A stretch of 64,000 nucleotides of DNA, taken from assembly GCF_006345805.1 (NCBI RefSeq), contig NC_043024.1, positions 16,430,001-16,494,000 of the forward strand, read 5' to 3'. Source of the stretch: Octopus sinensis (Eukaryota). Positions 51,728-64,000 of the stretch are shown here, one piece after another. A program made the translations under genes and the position numbers. The first letter of the stretch is position 1, and every line of letters begins with the position of its first letter. The notes under the pieces are model-generated. The model made no database searches. It saw only the letters and a list, made by a program, of their open reading frames with translations, and had not been told where the DNA came from.

Positions 51728-52184
51728 GAATGTATTATAAATAAACAACGACCCTGCCCCGCTTAAGCCGATCAGCTAACTGATCAACATCAACGAAGCA
51801 CATGGGTGAGTTTACATATATTACATCCGGATAAATGGCAAACTTTTACGAATTGCATTTCGGGAGAGGAAAAGTTTTTTCGGAGTAAAAATTTAGCAAT
51901 TAAGGACAACTACTTAATAAGGAAAACTTATCGCTTGACAACTGATGCTGGTGTGTTTATGTATCCATAGCTTAGTGGTTCAGCAAAAGAGACTGATAGG
52001 ATAAGTACTAGGCTTACAAAGAATAAGTCCTGGGGTCAATTTGTTTGACGAAAGGTGGTGCTTCAGCAGGGCCTCAGTCAAATGACGGAAACAAATAAAA
52101 GCATATATATATATTTATATATATATAATAGAAATATTAAAATTACTAAGTCTCTATAAAAGAGATTACGACAGCGTTTACTGG

Positions 52185-52498
52185 AAATTAATTGTTATCG
52201 CCATATTAATATGGCATTCTTATAGATATAAGAATAATCGCTGCCGCTGGTCAGCTCCATGAGGCCACCGCCTTAAGAAAGCTATTGATACACGATCTGT
52301 ATCCATTATAGAAACGCGTCTGTAGCTGTCGGACTGGCAGTGTGAAGCGGCTGACCTCCCTTGTTCGAAGGTTATAATGGATACAGATCGTGTATCAATA
52401 GCTATCTTAAGGCGGTGGCCTCATGGAGCTGACCAGCGGCAGCGATTATTCTTATATCTATAAGAATGCCATATTAATATGGCGATAACAATTAATTT
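52185..52498. repeat. 126-bp-arm inverted repeat with nested hairpins
   Basis: Arms 52185-52310 and 52373-52498 differ at about one position. The spacer is 62 bp. Confidence 0.9.
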
Positions 52499-53177
52499 AT
52501 ATATATATATACACACACATATGGTCTGATCAATATGTATCCAGACTGTTGCCATAGTGACGAAGCTAAAACATGCACGCCCCCAAAATTTCAGCCCTTG
52601 TGCCTAGGGTAGATTCCTCGATTCTAGTCAGGATTTAAAACCAAAACTACATTTTCCTACAAGTTCCTTTCCTGTTGCTCTCAGCTTTTGGACGAGGAAA
52701 TTTATGAGTGTCAATTGTTAACCTGTAACCAATTTGAGTCAAAGATGGAACAAGGCTGATTACAGAAGGAAAATGCTTTGTTCAACCTGACCTAATTAAG
52801 TTGGAAAAAATATAAATACGTAACCAAAACTTGTTCTATTTCTTTGGTCACTTGATCCCCAGCCCAAGAACTTCTGTTTCTCTCTTTTGACTTCTGGAAT
52901 GGCATTACATGACAATACCAAGTTCCACCCTCTCTCCTTGTCAGCCCAGAAAGGCAGATTCTCTTAACTTTTATCTCTTACTCTCTTTTTGCCACCTGTC
53001 TTCTAGCAGTCACCAACAGATGAAGTTAACTGCCTACAGAATGGATAACAGAATAGCAAATTATCATTGTACAATGGCTCCAAGAAATTGTATCTTACAG
53101 TATAACAGGAAAAATAAGGAGTTATTTTTACCATTAATTATGTTTTTCTTCTTCTCATTTGCTTTATTACATACAAT

Positions 53178-53209
<32 letters not shown>

Positions 53210-53219
<10 letters not shown>

Positions 53220-53780
53220 AGCTGCAGAAACCATGCCAAATCAGGCTTGAACCTGGTGCAGTCCTCTGGCTTACCAGTTCCAATCGAACTGCTTTACCCA
53301 TGCCAGCATGTAAAGCAGATGTTAAATGATGATGATGATATATATACTTTATTTAAAGGCAGCAGAAATTCAACAAAACCTGTTACTCGGTGTTTCACAT
53401 TCCCGTTCGTCAGAGAGTTTTTGTTAAAACTGTATTTGAGTACTCTTTTTTCCACCTTGTTTCACATTTATGTGTTTACTCTGGTATATATATATATATA
53501 TAATATATATATATCCAGCTGCAGAAACCATGCCAAATCAGGCTTGAACCTGGTGCAGTCCTCTGGCTTACCAGTTCCAATCGAACTGCTTTACCCATGC
53601 CAGCATGTAAGCAGATGTTAAATGATGATGATGATATATATACTTTATTTAAAGGCAGCAGAAATTCAACAAAACCTGTTACTCGGTGTTTCACATTCCC
53701 GTTCGTCAGAGAGTTTTTGTTAAAACTGTATTTGAGTACTCTTTTTTCCACCTTGTTTCACATTTATGTGTTTACTCTGG

Positions 53781-53790
<10 letters not shown>
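53210..53790. repeat. Tandem duplication (period 296 nt) bounded by (TA)n: RTE-tail fragment plus hammerhead-like segment (family E)
   Basis: Two near-identical copies. Confidence 0.9.
53372..53425 (-). ncRNA. Hammerhead-like motif (family E; second copy at 53668-53721)
   Basis: AACAAAAACTCT-CTGACGA-ACG-GGAA-TGT-GAAAC-ACCGA-GTA-ACAGGTTTTGTT. Stem I pairs 10/12. Confidence 0.55.
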
Positions 53791-53812
<22 letters not shown>

Positions 53813-55084
53813 TACATACTAGCTGATTATCCTGTTGTTGAGTAATTTTCACAATAGAATGCCTTGCTAAATTTTTGGAATAGAACACCCATTTTGACTG
53901 GGATTTTCAAATTTGTTTTTCATTACACCCTTACAAATGATGGGGGGAAAACTTTTTACAAAAGAAAAAACATTTTTGGAAATTTATGAATCCCACTAAA
54001 CTTCCAGATCGATTTTGGTTTACATTCCTTTGAACTATGCACTTAAACAATGGGAGAAGCCTTGAAGGTTAAAAGAAATAAAAATTCGGAAATTGGCAAT
54101 CTCCATTACAATCCTCCACTTCCTTTATTCCCAAACAGAAAATGAAACATAATTTAAAAACAATGTAAAATTTAAAAATAAATTTTTCACAAACGTTATT
54201 GTTCCAGGTTCAGTCCCACTGCGTGGCATCTTGGGCCAACCAAAGCCTTGTGAGTGGATTTGGTAGACGGAAACTGAAAGAAGCCCGTTCTATATATATG
54301 TGTGTGTGTATGTTTGTGTGTTTGTGTTTGTCCCCACATCACTTGACAGCTGATGCTGGTGTGTTTACGTCCTCGTAACTTAGTGGTTTGGCAAAAGAGA
54401 CCAATAGAATAAGCACTAGGCTTACAAAGAATAAGTCCTGGGGTTGATTTGCTCGACTAAAGGTGGTGCTCCAGCATGGCCACAGTCAAATGACTGAAAC
54501 AAGTAAAAGAGTAAAATTTAGGGGTTTTTTCCAGTTTTAAAATATAGACAATCCGAATCTTGCAATTTGTTTCTATTTACAAGTTCAAAATAATTTTCAG
54601 ACGAAAAGGTGTGATTTAAAGGAGATCACCTGGTACCTTCCTCATTTACTTGTCCCTCTGACATGCATTGATGTTTTTTCAATATTTATATCCCCATAAA
54701 CACATTTTATGGAATGACAATGTAGTGGTCCATTGCTGGGATAGAAGCACTAACCAAAAAATCTTTAACCCCATCCTGCATCAACTGTGTGTGTGTGTAT
54801 AAGAAAAGATGGCAGAAGTAAAGTGTTTACACCCTTCCCCCTTGAGCTTTTATTTTTTTCAAAAATTTCTTCAGATTTCTATGTTTTTTTATATAAGAAA
54901 TTATAATTTTGCCAAAAAGAACACGTTTTCCAAATTTTAATTCTTTCCCCCTCCTCACCCATTTAAAAAAAATTTTCACTTTTTTTTTGAAATTTTTCTA
55001 TAAATCTACGTAGAAAAATAAAGAGATTATGAATCTGGAGAAAATTTTTTATCTTTAAATTTAATTTTTCTTAAAAAACACTTA

Positions 55085-55597
55085 CCGTAAATCCTCGAGT
55101 ATAGTCTGCCCTTGAGTATAATACGCAAGGGATTTTTAGGGGGCTGTACCTCTGAAAAACCTAAACCTTGTGTATAATACGCACCCTTTCTCTAACTTGA
55201 GTCAAGGAGGTCTATATAACGTCCTTGGTTTGTAAAGATGTATATGGTAACGCCCTTTATTATTATTGTATATATAACATAATGCAAACGTGTAGCTTTT
55301 CTGTGCATTTTGTTTGCAGAAAATAAAGAAATAACAGTAATAACGTTTAATAAATGTTGCTTACTGCAAGTTATGGATGATTCTTTTATCACTTTATTGC
55401 TTTCAGGCTTAGCTTAAGGTATTTTCACTCCCGACATCACAAAATGCCTCTGAATAAACATTGCCGGACAGCAAATAGAGACTTGGACATTGCTTAGAAA
55501 ATAATTTCCATTTTTAACCTCATATATAGTACGCACTAGGGATTTGGACCTTTAAATTTTGGGGAAAAAAGTGCGGATTATACTCGAGGATTTACGG
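55085..55597. mobile_element. Tc1/mariner/pogo-type MITE
   Basis: TA-CCGTAAATCCTCGAGTATA...TATACTCGAGGATTTACGG-TA. Confidence 0.9.
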
Positions 55598-57294
55598 TAC
55601 TTCTTCTTACCCTAGCTCCCCCCACATACTTCCTCGCTTTCAAAAAGCTAAAAACTGCATGTTTTGCACATGTGCAGATTTCTACTGAAATAGCAGGAAA
55701 AAAAATCAAATCATCACCAGAAAACCCGATATGCTAGAAACAACAGCTAAATGATGTGATTTCTGGAAAAAGTTCGTTCTGATTTTCTATCGAAGATCAT
55801 GTTTCTTTAAATACGCTCATCACGAACATGAATGAATTACAAAATAAAAAAATTCATTTTAATTGAATTTATTTTTACCCATTGTATGTGTGTATATATA
55901 TGCATGCGTAACAAAAATATACTCGGAAGTTTTGTAGCAAAAGAAGTTATTTTTACAGACCTCTCTTAATTCCAGAATGAGAAAAACTTGAACGATACTT
56001 TCCAAATTGGATTTCACCAATGATTGTTGAGCCCCCAAGAACTGTCTGTGTGCATATATAGCGGGGTAGCCGCTGTGAGCACACAAAGTAAAATATTTAT
56101 GGCATTGTACACATAAATATTGTATTAAAATAAGTTATCTTTACAGACCATGTTTTCAATTATCTTTATAATTGATAGCAAACTGTGTATAAAATGAAAT
56201 TAAATCCAGGTTTAGACACAGGTCGATCAAGTTCGTAAAGTTCTAACATTTTTACCCATTTTTGGTTATGTGGTAAGAAGCTTGCCTCCCAACCACATGG
56301 TTCCGGGTTCAGTCCCACTACATGGCACCTTGGGCAAGTGTCTTCTACTATAGCCTCAGGCTGACCAAAGCTTCGTGAGTAGATTTGATAGAGGGAAACT
56401 GAAAGAAGCCCGTCGTACATATATGTATGTAGTTGTCCCCACCACCATCGCTTGACAACTGATGTTGGTTTGGTTACTTCTCTGTACATTAGCGGTTCGG
56501 CAAAAGAGACTGCAGCTTTTTGCAGCCGATAAGTATTTCTATTTTCTTAGATTTTAATTATTTCTGTGGTATGCCTAAAAATTAATAAGTTAGTAAATAA
56601 AAATACAGTACAGTTCTGCAGTGTATAACACATTAATTAAAATATATTAAAAGAAAATACGTCGTGTATATACTGTATGGAAAACGAAACTCGGAAGGCG
56701 AGTGTGTGGTGTTGTTTTGCATTTATAATAAAACAAATATATACAAATTATAAAAATAATTATAATAAAATACACAGTACAGTACTGTTCCTACTTCGTG
56801 GATTTTCACCTATCGCAGGGTGTTTTGGAACGTAACACTCGGGATAGTTGAAGGATTACTGTATTTCTCATAGAAATTTATGTTTTATTATTATTATTAT
56901 TTACAAACGATATAGTGTATGGGATGTAGGATTCGAAAATCAAATTTGTTTTTCTCGAGGATGCACCGTTTCCAAACCTTTTTAGGCTAAACACACATAC
57001 ATAATCACATACACTCACATTCATACAGTAGATTATACACGGGGACACCAAAGTAGGTTTATAGTTATCACACAGGCACTTTAAGTTCCTTTTAAAACAT
57101 TTTATTACATTTAAATTTCTATCATACAATTAACTAAATTAGCATAAAATAATGATTTCCTATTTTCTTTTAATTAAGATCTAAACTGTTATTATTATAT
57201 AAATAAATCCTGTTTATTAAGTAAAATGTCCTGCTGATGTTGTTGAATAACTATAAACCTACTTTTGGGCCACCCTATATCTGTTATCCTTTAT

Positions 57295-57665
57295 CTTTGA
57301 CTCATTACAGCTAATAGATTGTGGTCATGCTGGAGCACCACCTTGAGGAATTTTAGATGAATAAATCAACCACCAGTTCCTGTTTTAAAGTCTGGTACTT
57401 ATTCTATCAATCTCTTTTGTGGAACTGCTAAGTTACAGGGATGTGAACACACCAACACCAGTTCTCAAGCAGTGGTGGGGGACAAACACAGACACAAAGG
57501 CACATACATATACAATGGGCTTCTTCTAGTTTCCATCTACCAAATCTTCTCTCAAAGCTTTGGTTGGCCAAGGACTATAGTAGAAGACACCTGCCTAAAG
57601 TGCCATGCAGTGGGACTGGACCCAGAACCATGTGGTTCGGAATCAAACTTCTTAGCACATACGCC
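57295..57665 (-). mobile_element. CORE-type SINE
   Basis: Reverse-complement copy of the same family. Confidence 0.75.
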
Positions 57666-58956
57666 TGCACCTACATACTTACATACATATAGATATATGC
57701 ACATATATATACATATATAATATTTATAGATAGATATATGTACATATATATACATATATAACATTTATAGATATATGTACATATATGTACTTGTGTGTGT
57801 GTCTATCTATCAATCTTTATACATATATATATATATATATAAATATATATATATATAGAGAGAGAGAGATACGTATGCACATGTGTATATCAAGAAATCC
57901 ATTGTAATGTTTGCTAACATTAGGGATATGTACAAATGGAAAGACCAAATATTTTGATGTTTTATATAAACATTGGTCTGCAATATTTACCAAGAGCTGT
58001 TTGGTAAAAGGGGTGGGGTGGAGTGAAGTTACAGAGTTCCACAAGAATGTATTCTATTAATAAAACAATAGTTCTTCAACTCAATTATTTGAGTAATTGA
58101 TTTTTATCTGTCTACTCACATTCCATTCTTATTCTTTGATTCTGTTATGGGTTTCATTCATTGGAGACTGGCCATGTTGTAGCAACATCTTAAATGCTTC
58201 TGTTTCTTTAGGAGATTGTATTAGACTATAGTAATTAGTTTTCGGCCAGTTAATTATTTGATCAATCAAAACTTAAAGAATGGCTAAATTGACTTTTATT
58301 CCGACATAAAGGGATGCAATTTAACACAATGGTTTGCACCAGGAAACATAAATGGTGCCACAGGCATCACACTCATAGTCTCTTATTCTTTTATTCTTTC
58401 ACTTATTTCATTCATTTGACTGTGGCCAAGTTGGAGCACCACCTTGAAGGGCTTATTTCTGAAGCCAAGTACTTATTCTATTGGTCTCTTTTGCCTCCAT
58501 CATCATCATCATCATCATCTTTTAACGTCCGCTTTCCATGCTAGCATGGGTTGGACAGTTCAACTGCGGTCTGGGAAGCCGGAAGGCTGCACCAGGCCAG
58601 TCAGATCTGGCAGTGTTTCTACAGCTGGATGCCCTTCCTAATGCCAACCACTCCGAGAGTGTAGTGGGTGATTTTATGTGCCACCGACACAGGTGCCAGA
58701 CGAGACTGGCGAACGGCCACGCTCGGATGGTGTTTTTTACGTGCCACCGGCACGGAGGCCAGTCAATGTGGTACTGGCTACAGCCACGTTCGGATGGTTT
58801 TCGTAATAAATTTAAAACATTCCAGGCTGAATCCGGACCTGCAATCCTGAAATTTTGGATTCCTATGTTTTCATTACAGCGATTGTTTCCGGGGATTTTT
58901 TTCATGATTTTTAGTGTGTGTATGTGTATACATACACATATACACACACATATATA

Positions 58957-59341
58957 CAGTAAAACCTCGCAGTATGAGTGCACCATTGTACAAGTATTTT
59001 GCTGTATAAGCCAAATCTTGTGCGAAATTTTGTCTTGAAGTATGAGCGGAAATCCAGAGTAAAAGCACACAAATCATTCTGTCTTTAAGGTAATTCAGTT
59101 AATAAAACCAGTTTACATATTTCTTTTGCATTCTCTTTTTTATAATTGTCATTTTACTTGTAACTACACCTCTTCTACTTTAAAACCCATAAAAAAATTA
59201 TTTTTGAGTGGTTTTGGGGGGCTGGAACAGATAAATTATATTTATTTAATTTTAATAGGGAAAATTGATTTGTAAAACAAGTAAATCGTAAGACGACCTC
59301 AGTCATGGAACAAATTAAACTTGTACTGCAAGGTATCGCTG
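58957..59341. mobile_element. Tigger/pogo-like MITE
   Basis: TA-CAGTAAAACCTCGCAGTATGAG...CTTGTACTGCAAGGTATCGCTG-TA, imperfect TIRs. Confidence 0.7.
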
Positions 59342-60073
59342 TACATATATTTCAAGCTGTAGCTCACAGTTTTGCACCAAGTTTTGGTACAAGGCCAGTT
59401 ATCTCAAGGAAGGGGTTAAGCTGATTACATCCTCCCCAGTGCATAACTGGTACTTATTTTATTGACCCACAAAAGGATGAAGTGCGAAGTCAACCTCAGT
59501 GAAAAGGTAATTGAAATATTACAGAAATAAGCAAGGCAGCTTTACAAGGAGAAGGTGATAGTCACATGACTTTATCTGAAATTGTTTTTTTTTTCCAGCA
59601 TCTGACATCACATCATCCTCAAATACATCTATTCTGGGAGCACTGCAATCAACATTGGAAAAAAAGTCACTGATTAGAAAATATAATTCAATTAAACTAA
59701 TTATATAAATTAGTGCAGCATTTTGAAAGAAATGTATTTTCTGAGAAAAAAAATCCAGAGTAAAATTTTGTGTTCTATATTAGTTTATTTGAAGTTCTTT
59801 GTGTACATATTTGCAAAATTTAACTTGAACCATGTTCTGGATGGGACCATCCTGAGAGAATCCCTATTCATGCACAACTCTTGAAAGCAATTTATCCAAA
59901 ATACTTATTGCTCATACCAGCTTTCACCTATTGCCTTATCCCTTGCAGCCTTTCATCTTTTATCTTCTCATCATCTGTGTTGATTGCACCATCATTCCCA
60001 TGAAAAATTCATCAGGCTTTATTCATGAAAAATTCATCAGGCTTTATTCATGAAAAATTCATCAGGCTTTATA

Positions 60074-60729
60074 CAGGGTGTCTCAAAAGACACTGATAGG
60101 TTTCAATTTTTAATAACTTCCTAAACTTTACAAAGAAATGCAGGAAATTTTGATAAAGGACAGAATGGAAATTAATATTCACAAGTCAAATTTTGCAACA
60201 TCCCTACATCACATTTGAAAGATGACATCGCTTAAATGTGGCAGTCATTTTCGGCTTTGCATGCTCATACTCTTTCCAAAACTTGCACCATAACACCCTC
60301 AAGAGTTTCAGACCCCTACTTCTCTGATTTCTCTATTGATGTTCTCCTTCAATTGCACTAGGGTCTCTGGTTTGTTGACGTTAACCCTCTCTTTCAGGTA
60401 TCCCTACAAGAAAAATCTGGGCTAGTCAGAGACCCTGGTGCAAGTGAAAGAGAACATCAATAGAGAAATCAGAGAATTGAGGTCTGAAACTCTTGAAGAT
60501 GTTATGGTGCAAGTTTTGGAGAGAGCACGACGGGCATGCGTAGCTGAAAATGGCTGCCATTTCAGCGATGTCCTTTTTCTAATGTGATGTATGGTTGTTG
60601 CAAAATTTGACTTGTGAATATTAATTTCCATTCTGTCCTTTATATTGTTTCAAACTTTCCTGTATTTATTTGTAAAGTTAAAGAAGTTGTTAAAAATTGA
60701 AACCTATCAGTGACTTTAGGGACACTCTG
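60074..60729. mobile_element. Foldback Tc1/mariner derivative made of two transposase 3' ends joined head-to-head
   Basis: TIRs CAGGGTGTCTCAAAAGACACTGATAGGTTTCAATTTTT and AAAAATTGAAACCTATCAGTGACTTTAGGGACACTCTG. Both arms encode ..PETLVQ(L/V)KENINREIRE..SETLE.VMVQVLER. Confidence 0.85.
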
Positions 60730-60829
60730 CATATAGGAGATTGCATTAGGCCGTCCTGCAATCCAAGGCACTTTGGATGGGCTAGGGCTTCTATGTGAAG
60801 CTGGTGCAGGAGACAGCCATGAACTCACG

Positions 60830-62020
60830 TTATTTCTCAGGTCTTCACAGTCACAGCATATCTCCAGAGGTCTCGGTCTTTTGTCATTGCCTCTGTGAGA
60901 CCCAACGTTCGAAGGTCATGCTTGACCACCTCATCCCATGTCTTCCTGGGTCTACCTCTACCCCGGATTCCTTCAACTGTTTGGGAGTGGCACTTCTTCA
61001 CATATCTCTCCTCATCTATCCGTAGTACATGACCATACCAGCGCAAACGTCTCTCTTGCACACCACATCCAATGCTTCTTATATCCAGCATTTCTCTTAG
61101 GGTGCTTACACTCTGTCGTGTGTGTGCACACTGACATTACACATCCAGCGGATCATGCTAGCTTCATTTCTTTCAAGCCTATGCATGTCCTCTGCAGTCA
61201 CAGCCCATATTTCACTGCCGTGAAGCATGGCAGTTCGCACACATGCATCATACAATCTACCTTTCACCATGAGCGAGAGACCCTTTGTCACCAGTAGGGG
61301 TAGGAGCTTTCTAAACTTTGCCCAGGCTATTCTTATTCTATTGGTAACACTCTCTGAGCATCCACCCCCACTACTAACTTGGTCACCTAGGTAGCAGAAA
61401 CTATCAACTACTGCTAGTTTCTCTCCCAGGAGTGTAATGGAATCTATTTTCTGAGTATCTGTGGTGTCTGTTGCCCCTGTGCATCTGCCGCACATGAAAG
61501 CTATCTTCCCGGTTAATCTTCTTTTGATGTTGCTGCACCTCTTATGTGTCCATAGCTTACACTGGGTACATCTTATGGAGTTTCTATCTGCACCTTTTCT
61601 ACAGATCGAGCAGGGCCACCTACCTGAGGGTGTGTGTGATGAGTTCACCTTCCTACTTACTAGAACTTTGGTCTTTGCTACATTGACTCTAAGGCCTTTT
61701 GATTCTAGACCTTGCTTCCACACCCAAAATTTCTTTTCTAGTTCTGGTAGTGATTCTGCTATGAGGGCCAGGTCATCAGCATAGAGGAGCTCCCAGGGGA
61801 AACCCGTCTTGAATTCCTCTGTTATTGCCTGGAGGTCTATGATGAATAAAAGGGGACTGAGGGCTGAACCTTGGTGGACCCCTACTTCTACCCGGAATTC
61901 TTCACTATACACATTGTTAATCCTAACCTTGCTGATGGCCTCTCTGTATAGGGCCTGTACAGCCCTTATTAACCATTCATCAATCTCTAGTTTCCGCATC
62001 GCCCACCAGATAAGGGAGTC
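60830..62020 (-). pseudogene. 5'-truncated RTE LINE, paralogous to 45746-48876
   Basis: HQGSALSPLLF, LLYADDL, the same PHD-type CSIC..CTQC..HKRC..CGRC, and LRWYGHV. Confidence 0.92.
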
Positions 62021-62509
62021 ATATATATGTATATATGTGTGTGTGTTTGTGTGTCTGTGTTTGTCTCCCCAACATCGCTTGACAACCGATGCTAGTGTGT
62101 TTATGTCCCCGTAACAGTGGTTTGGCAAAAGAGACCAATATAATAAGTACTAGGCTTACAAAGAATAACTCCTGGGGTCAATTTGCTCGACTAAAGGCGG
62201 TGCTCCAACATGGCCACAGACAAATGACTGAAACAAGTAAAGAGTACATACTACAGATACTCAGGGAATCGATTTTCTCAAATGCTTCGGAGACTCATTA
62301 CAAGTAGTGGATAATTTCTGCAATTTAAGAGACCTAATTAGCTGTGTGCTGGGATGCACAGAAAGTGTAATTGTGAGAATGTTGTGTGGACACCCCCAGA
62401 TGATGAAGTAGGCTAGCCCAATACGTAGATATAGAGGGAGAAGCCTAGATGTCAGCAGAGTAGCAGTCGGAGTAGTAGAGAGTAGAAGGCATCCGAACAT
62501 GCGACAGAA

Positions 62510-64000
62510 CAGAGAATAAGAATAAGTTGGAGAAAATTCAAAGAGCTTTTACCTTTGTTGCCAGAAACAACCTCACTTTCAATTTCTTTGCTAACTCTGA
62601 ACTCCAGACCTTTCTCAATTTATGGCATGCACTCCAAGCAAGAGCTTTCCTTGCTATGATGTCTTTTTCAGTACTTTGTGTCCACAAGCCAAGGTATTTG
62701 AAATTTTCAACTACCTTCAGCAACTTATCATCTCTCACTTTCACTGACACAAGCATTTCGTGGTTGAATACTTGCAGCTCTGTTTTGTTTGCATTACAGT
62801 ACAATCCTACCTTCCCTGATTCCTGCTCTTATCCGCTCAACACCTCCTGTGACTGATCTGTCCTCTCTGTTAGTATCGCCAGATCCTCAGCATTGGTCTA
62901 GATCAGTTACTGTTACTGCTTGGTGCCGTCTGCTTCCTTGCCTATGCACTTTGAATCCCAGTTCTTCTTCCTTGCCCTCATACATTCTATGCTTTGTATA
63001 GTCCAGAACGATGGTGAAGAGATAAGGTGCTAGCATGTCGCATTGTAATACTCTGGCTTTGACTTCAAAGTATTCTGTCTCTCCATCAGGAGTGATATCT
63101 TTCATTTACTTATTGCTCTCATAATTCTTGGTGAAATATCATATGCTTTAAGTATCTTCATCATCATTCCTCTATGTACTGAATCAAAAGCCTTTTTAAA
63201 GTCTACATAGATAATGACAGCCTTCCTGTTACAGCTCTGAACTCCCTCTATCAGTCTTCTAAGTGCAACAATGTGAGATGTTGTTGACCGTCCTGATCTG
63301 AATCCATTTTGATTTAGTCACAATTGTTTGTCTATCTTATGTTGTATTTGGTTAAGTATCATCTTGCAACAATGGATGGCAGACTGATCCCTCTCTAATC
63401 TCCAGTATCACTTAGGTCTCCAGTTTTGGGCAGCAGTAGCAAGTCTATCTCAGACCATTGTTCTAGCTTCACATTGTCATTTAGTAGTTTGTCTGCAAAT
63501 TCAAGGGTGATGTTGTCTAAACCACATCTCTTCAGTACTTCTGGTGGGATGTTGTCAGGACCAGTTTATTTTCCTTCTTTCAGGTTACTTGTAGCGCTTT
63601 CTATTCCTTGTTTTGTGAAGTCTCCATCCTCGATTTGCAAATTGTCAAGTATCTTTGCTAATTCTTCATTTTCTGTTTCACTGTCAACTTCTGGATCCTT
63701 CCCAAGTAAGTTCTAGAAATTAGTGTACCATTTCTAGATTCTCTCATCCTTTGATTTCCCTTTGATGACCCCCTGCTTTGCAGCTTTGTGACCAGTCATG
63801 GAGTTAATCAGCCTCCCGCTTTCTCTGTGCTTACTCTCTGCGTCTGCATTTTCAACCTGGGAGATCATTTCATCCAGTTCTTCTTCTTGAATCTCTTGGT
63901 ACACCTGTTTTAAACCCTCTTTCTTTCTTTGTAAAGTTTGTTTAGTATCATTGTTGGCAGCCTTTTGATAGTTGCTGAATGCCTCTTGTACTTCACAGCA
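62510..64000 (-). pseudogene. Decayed RTE-X-like LINE RT region, continuing beyond the window
   Basis: TPDGETEYFEVKARVLQCDMLAPYLFTIVLDY and VVENFKYLG..RKALAWSACHKLRKVW. Confidence 0.8.

Larger units (their letters stand above)
51065..51930 (-). repeat. Tandem repeat (period 478-479 nt, second copy truncated by a SINE) carrying hammerheads (family B)
   Basis: Units start AGAGGGCATT at 51065 and 51544, with TATA junctions. Confidence 0.92.

Noticed and set aside
59999-60072. 25-bp tandem repeat containing TCATCAG (reverse complement CTGATGA)
   Set aside because: No GAAA or stem III follows, so it is a simple tandem repeat.

Overview
AT-rich, microsatellite-dense eukaryotic DNA with no confidently identifiable host gene. 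The SINE and LINE families suggest an Octopus (coleoid cephalopod) intron or intergenic region (inference). Most ORFs in the supplied track are microsatellite or SINE artefacts. Real coding remnants all derive from transposons: a near-intact RTE LINE with a PHD-type finger and one frameshift (45746-48876), decayed RTE, RTE-X-like, CR1/L2-like, Tx1-like and R4/Dong-like LINE pieces, a Penelope-like (PLE) GIY-YIG fragment, and several Tc1/mariner derivatives and MITEs. The main unexplained signal is a set of at least five mutually unrelated, non-coding repeat families that each carry a type I hammerhead ribozyme fold. They occur as tandem pairs (periods 566, 478 and 296 nt) or inverted pairs, mostly bounded by (TA)n tracts. 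A coding PLE with its own decayed hammerhead lies in the same window. This looks like a family of retrozyme-like, PLE-mobilised non-autonomous elements. All folds were assigned by eye and activity is untested.
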